Shown here: one piece after another, positions 56,439 to 60,498 of the stretch
Layout of the letters: each line of letters starts with the position of its first letter
How positions within the stretch are numbered: position 1 is the first letter of the stretch
Origin: Candidatus Fokinia solitaria
GTDB taxonomy: Bacteria > Pseudomonadota > Alphaproteobacteria > Rickettsiales > Midichloriaceae
NCBI GenBank assembly: GCA_945875075.1
Contig: CAMCJK010000001.1
Span: 1-60,498, forward strand
DNA length: 60,498 bases
Direction of reading: 5' to 3'
Program-made: the position numbers and the translations under genes
Notes under the pieces: model-generated
What the model was told of the DNA's origin: nothing
The model's input: the letters and a program-made list of their open reading frames with translations, nothing else
Databases searched by the model: none

Positions 56439-57734
56439 ATGTATGCAATAAAAATTGGTAGGCAGGGAGTACTAGGAGTTTCTCAATTTTTTTCCTTACA
56501 AGCCCCTAAGCAAGAAGGCTTGAAAAAATATTTATGTAATGGATTGGAGATTTTTACAAAAACACTTTCATTTTCAGATCTTACAAACACTGATAGCATT
56601 ATTAAAGCTAGCATTATTGCTATTGGAAGTATGATAGATGATGTGTTGATTGACTTGGAGGTATATCAAGACCATAACATTACTAAGCTAGGATGTGCCA
56701 TGTATGCAGGGTATAAATTTAACAGTAGCTCTTTAATCAAAAGTAATCCAGTTCAAGACAACATAGTTAAAGGTGCAGTAGGAATAGGTTTAGGTTTATT
56801 TATATTAAGTAGCCTATTAGGATCAGGAGATATAATTAATGCGATGAGATCTAACACAAAAGATTGTATTGAATTTTCTGATAAAGTTTTTGAATTAAGT
56901 GATGGCACTGTAAATCCATATAATGATCTTCATATTGGTAATGCTGTTAATACTGTAATAGGTGGTGGGCGTCAATTTTTAAATGATATCAAACTAGATA
57001 TGGGAGGGCCCATTAGTGATATTATAAAAGCTGGTGTTACAACCAGTGTCAATATAGCCATCGGATTAAAATCAACAAAAGATTTCAAAAATGCTTTATT
57101 TTCTAAATTCTCATCTATAGATGACAGAACACTTATAGAGCTTGAGAAGGATACTAGAGCACAAAAAGCGATGGAAAATTTATTATCAAATATAGATAAG
57201 GCTTCAAGTAGTATTACAAAAACAGCTGCATCATATAGTGTGAAAAACTTTTGGCAGCAAATACTTGCTAGTAAAGAAGCTAATATTGGATTGCACTCCT
57301 TTATAGCTTCAAATTTATTTAATAATATTAAAATACAGAATAAAGACCCTTACAAATCTGATGATTTTGAAAGTGCAGTAAAAAGTAAAGATCTATCGGC
57401 AATTAGAGATCAATTAAAAGCAACAGAGCAATTACAAGATAAATCCTATTTCTCTGAGCTATATTCTTTTGGTAAAAAAGCTTTTGAAACTTTGGCTTAT
57501 CCACTTGCAGCATCATTTTTAGTAAGTGCAATGGAGGGGGGTGTTAAAGATCAAGATAAGGAAATAAAATTTTATGACCCACAGGGATTCAGTAAATATT
57601 TTACCCCAATTACATCAACGCTAGGTATGGCATTAGTATCGACTGAAGATGCCTCTCAGGATGCACTTGATGATATACAGTATTTATATGATAAGATTGT
57701 TGAAATACAGGAAGGAGTTACAAATCATTGGTAG
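56439..57734 (+). CDS. hypothetical 431-aa protein (orphan, effector-like)
   Basis: Long ORF preceded by a 290-nt AT-rich intergenic region. It has one or two Gly-rich hydrophobic stretches (GAVGIGLGLFILSSLLGSG). No motif recognised. Confidence 0.5.
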   Translation: MYAIKIGRQGVLGVSQFFSLQAPKQEGLKKYLCNGLEIFTKTLSFSDLTNTDSIIKASIIAIGSMIDDVLIDLEVYQDHNITKLGCAMYAGYKFNSSSLIKSNPVQDNIVKGAVGIGLGLFILSSLLGSGDIINAMRSNTKDCIEFSDKVFELSDGTVNPYNDLHIGNAVNTVIGGGRQFLNDIKLDMGGPISDIIKAGVTTSVNIAIGLKSTKDFKNALFSKFSSIDDRTLIELEKDTRAQKAMENLLSNIDKASSSITKTAASYSVKNFWQQILASKEANIGLHSFIASNLFNNIKIQNKDPYKSDDFESAVKSKDLSAIRDQLKATEQLQDKSYFSELYSFGKKAFETLAYPLAASFLVSAMEGGVKDQDKEIKFYDPQGFSKYFTPITSTLGMALVSTEDASQDALDDIQYLYDKIVEIQEGVTNHW

Positions 57735-57780
57735 AAGGTTTTTGCATTCGCTAATCCTTCAAATGCCTGGGATATTTCTA

Positions 57781-58245
57781 TTAAACTCCAAATTTATTGA
57801 GCTTTTTAGTATTTTGAATGATATCAAGAGTTTGCTGTAAATCAAATTCAACTAAGATCTTATCAGAAGATTTTAAAGATACTGCATTTGCAGCTGCATT
57901 AGATAAGTCTAGTATTGCATTTGTTTTAAAAGGCCCTCTATCATTAATGAGTACTGAAATACTTTTACCATTAGCTTTGTTTGTAATTTGTACTATTGAC
58001 ATTAGAGGGAGCTTCACACTTGCAGCAGTATATAAATGTTTTGAGTATTTTATTCCACTTGCAGTTTTTCTATTATGAAGCTTATTTGCATAGAAAGTCG
58101 CCCTTCCTTCAGCATTATATCCATCCAAGGTTAGATATTTTTGATAATTTTTCTGTTGAATCTTATGGACTCTCTTACTATCATATGTATATCCATTGTT
58201 GTGCACACAAAGAATAAATAATAAAATTATTATTAGTATTTTCAT
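57781..58245 (-). CDS. rlpA: RlpA-family (DPBB) septal lytic transglycosylase-like lipoprotein
   Basis: Signal peptide, then EGRATFYANKLHNRKTASG ... AASVKLPL.S.V.ITN..NGKS..V.INDRGPF, the RlpA double-psi beta-barrel signature. Confidence 0.85.
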   Translation of the reverse strand: MKILIIILLFILCVHNNGYTYDSKRVHKIQQKNYQKYLTLDGYNAEGRATFYANKLHNRKTASGIKYSKHLYTAASVKLPLMSIVQITNKANGKSISVLINDRGPFKTNAILDLSNAAANAVSLKSSDKILVEFDLQQTLDIIQNTKKLNKFGV

Positions 58246-58589
58246 TATTTTTTTACTATTTTGAGTACTTTAATTGCAAAAGTTGCTTGTCGATTTCCTA
58301 AAACAACTTTTTTTCCATTTATTGGAACTGTATGGTAGTTTTTTGGAAAGGTGACTTGGAATGTTTTTTCTTGATCTTTTTGCAACCCGATGAGTGCATC
58401 TTCGAATCCTGGGACAGTTTGTTTACTGCCTATCACTAGATTTAATTCCCCTTCATCAAACTGCCCTTCTTCTACTGATCCACGGTAATGAATAGTAACT
58501 TGATCACCAGTTACTGTTATCAGTTCAGTACATGAACCAAGCTCTTGAAAGCAAAATAAAGCTAATACAAATGATATAAATGATTTCAT
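58245..58589 (-). CDS. FKBP-type peptidyl-prolyl isomerase-like exported protein
   Basis: Signal peptide, then VTIHYRGSVEEGQFDEG ... VPGFEDALIGLQKDQEKTFQVTFP, which resembles the FKBP_C core (V.Y.G.L.dG..FD ... G.e.al.GM..Ge). 114 aa. Confidence 0.55.
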   Translation of the reverse strand: MKSFISFVLALFCFQELGSCTELITVTGDQVTIHYRGSVEEGQFDEGELNLVIGSKQTVPGFEDALIGLQKDQEKTFQVTFPKNYHTVPINGKKVVLGNRQATFAIKVLKIVKK

Positions 58590-58591
58590 GA

Positions 58592-59506
58592 TTAATTTAT
58601 AGTTTTGAGATATTGTGTAGTTTTTTTTATACAGTCCTTTATTAATAATTCATTTTCTGAATATTTGTCAAGATATTTATATTGATTTATTATTTGTAGT
58701 ATTTCGACTTTAAAAGTATTTTCTAATTTAATCTCTTGAGACTCTATTGGAATTAGAAATAGCCCTCCATTGTTTTGAAGAAAAAGACAGAAATAATCTT
58801 GTTGTATTTGCACTAGATATGTTGCAGAAGTTGGTAATATAATATTTTTATCTTTTGTAATGGATGCAAATACTGCATGTTGGTTAACAGATTTGAAAGT
58901 GTTAAAAGCCTCAATATTGTTTGGATTTGAAATCTTACAATCTACGGCATATCTTTTACTAGTAAACTCAGAAAATAGATTCACACAGCCAATTTGTAAA
59001 AACTTTCTAAGAACAGATGATGAAACGATAGAGCCATCAATGAAAATTTGGTTAATTGCATTATACTCAAATCCATAGTGCCTTTTTAATCTATTTAAAG
59101 TTTCAATATTGCCATGTCTATTATGGCCAAACCTAAAGTTATAGCCAGTTGTGATAGACTTAATTTTAAATTTCTGACATAAATGATTTACAAACTCCTC
59201 TGCAGTGGTTTTAGCAAAGTCTGAGGTGAAATCTATGATAAAAACCTCATCAACACCCACCTCTTTTATCATCGAAATTTTTTCTTCTAATGACAGGATT
59301 GCATTGAATTGTTGTTGCATTAAAACTTTGTTAGGATGTGGCCAAAAAGTAAATACAGCACTCTTACAATTGAAATGCTGTGCTTTAATCTTAGCAGTAT
59401 CAATTACACATCTATGTCCTAAATGCATACCATCAAAGTTGCCTAATGCTATTGCATACTCATAGTTGTCAGTAAGCTGCAGTAGGTTTTGATTTAAAAA
59501 ATCCAT
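58592..59506 (-). CDS. ribF: bifunctional riboflavin kinase / FMN adenylyltransferase
   Basis: ALGNFDGMHLGH at the N-terminus and TTGYNFRFGHNRHGN. 304 aa. Confidence 0.88.
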   Translation of the reverse strand: MDFLNQNLLQLTDNYEYAIALGNFDGMHLGHRCVIDTAKIKAQHFNCKSAVFTFWPHPNKVLMQQQFNAILSLEEKISMIKEVGVDEVFIIDFTSDFAKTTAEEFVNHLCQKFKIKSITTGYNFRFGHNRHGNIETLNRLKRHYGFEYNAINQIFIDGSIVSSSVLRKFLQIGCVNLFSEFTSKRYAVDCKISNPNNIEAFNTFKSVNQHAVFASITKDKNIILPTSATYLVQIQQDYFCLFLQNNGGLFLIPIESQEIKLENTFKVEILQIINQYKYLDKYSENELLIKDCIKKTTQYLKTIN

Positions 59507-60496
59507 TTATGTGTGAATTGCATTCTTATGAGATGCTAATGCTGACTCATGAAGCATTTCTGAAAGGGTTGGATGTGGGAAGATTGAGTTTATAATATCA
59601 ATATCAGTTAGCTCACTCGATTTAGCTATAGCAAAATTACTTATTAGCTCTGTCACTTCAGCACCAATCATATGCACTCCAAGAATCTCCCCTGTTTTTT
59701 TATCAAAAATGGTTTTTATCATACCTTGCGGCTCACCTATTGCTATCGCCTTACCATTACCAATGAATGGGAATCTACCTATATTTATTTCATATCCTCC
59801 ACTTATAGCAGCCTTTTCAGTCATACCAATACTGGCCATTTGAGGTCTTGAATAAACGCAGCCAGGTATATTCTTTTTATTGATTGGATGTGCACCTGGG
59901 AGATTAGCGATCTTTTCAACACACACTATAGCCTCATGACTTGCTTTATGTGCTAAGAATGGTGGTTGCGTTATATCACCTATAGCATAAATACCTTGCT
60001 CAGCCGTCTCCATCCACTCATTTGTGATGACATGTCCAGACTCAGTCAGCTGTATTTTTGTATTTTCAACTCCTATATTTTCTGTATTTGGTATTACACC
60101 TGCGGCTGAAATGACTTTATCGCACTCTAGCATTTGATTGTTTATTGAAATATAAACTTTTTCGTTATTTATTTTAAATGAATCTATTGTAGCGTCTGTA
60201 ATGATTTTTATACCCATTTTCTCAAACTCTTTCCTTGCAAGACTAGAGATTTCTTCATCTTCTGACATTAGAATTCTAGGTGCAGCTTCAACTACAGTGA
60301 CATTACTTCCCATATCATTGTAAAAACTGGCATATTCAATACCTATAGCCCCAGCACCTATTACTATAAGATTCTGTGGTATTTCCAATGGAACCATAGC
60401 ATCTCTATAATCCCAAACAAATTTGTTATCTATTGGTACATTCGTTAAGATTCTAGCACGTGAACCAGTTGCGAGTATGATGTGTTTACCAGCTAA
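59507..60496 (-). CDS. lpdA: dihydrolipoyl dehydrogenase (C-terminal about 330 codons; N-terminus beyond the right edge)
   Basis: The frame stays open upstream of the listed Met to the window edge (...LAGKHIILATGSRARILTNVP...). NAD-binding VIGAGAIGIEYA, the AIGD motif, and the C-terminal dimerisation His in IFPHPTLSEM. Confidence 0.9.
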   Translation of the reverse strand, partial: LAGKHIILATGSRARILTNVPIDNKFVWDYRDAMVPLEIPQNLIVIGAGAIGIEYASFYNDMGSNVTVVEAAPRILMSEDEEISSLARKEFEKMGIKIITDATIDSFKINNEKVYISINNQMLECDKVISAAGVIPNTENIGVENTKIQLTESGHVITNEWMETAEQGIYAIGDITQPPFLAHKASHEAIVCVEKIANLPGAHPINKKNIPGCVYSRPQMASIGMTEKAAISGGYEINIGRFPFIGNGKAIAIGEPQGMIKTIFDKKTGEILGVHMIGAEVTELISNFAIAKSSELTDIDIINSIFPHPTLSEMLHESALASHKNAIHT

Positions 60497-60498
60497 TT

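Overview
This is an AT-rich chromosomal window. It most likely comes from a Rickettsiales-type alphaproteobacterial endosymbiont. That is an inference from several features:
- a 23S-5S rRNA pair with no 16S or spacer tRNAs upstream
- sdhC-sdhD-sdhA without sdhB
- a giant VirB6/RvhB6-like protein
- small DUF2793-like and zf-CHCC-like proteins
- an adrenodoxin-type ferredoxin

Most of the window is housekeeping: tyrS, glmU, gap, alr, miaA, glyS, waaA, rnd-like, fdx, sdhCDA, acpP, rsmH, ndk, gpmI, nadE, lolD, rpmG, rlpA, ribF, lpdA, an orphan fliR, 23S/5S rRNA, tRNA-Ser(GCU) and tRNA-Thr(GGU).

Five things stand out:
1. A visibly more G+C-rich block (about 15.4-23.5 kb) ends at the 3' end of tRNA-Ser. 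It carries two antibiotic-kinase-like genes, a co-directional gpx - FeS-type cryptochrome/photolyase - FAD oxidoreductase - tspO cluster, and a tail of decaying genes: a yfcH-like relic, a truncated methyltransferase, a frameshifted GNAT and a frameshifted MarR.
2. An orphan-gene block beside the tRNAs (24.0-28.0 kb) holds a 599-aa protein with macrodomain/PARG-like motifs and a C-terminal membrane anchor. It also holds two low-complexity paralogues that share a C-terminal motif.
3. There are large effector-like proteins: a 1712-aa pentapeptide-repeat protein and a 1155-aa VirB6-like protein with a Cys-rich extension.
4. An exported RNase A-like (CdiA-CT-type) domain protein has its catalytic His position substituted.
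5. Short segmental duplications and relics cluster at 41.4-45.5 kb: a fdx 5' tandem duplication, a copy of the sdhA 3' end, and an eroded inverted 23S rRNA relic with a 48-nt perfect core.

I saw no CRISPR array, IS element, integrase or prophage. All family assignments come from reading motifs by eye; no database search was possible. RNA ends are approximate (about +/-10 nt).
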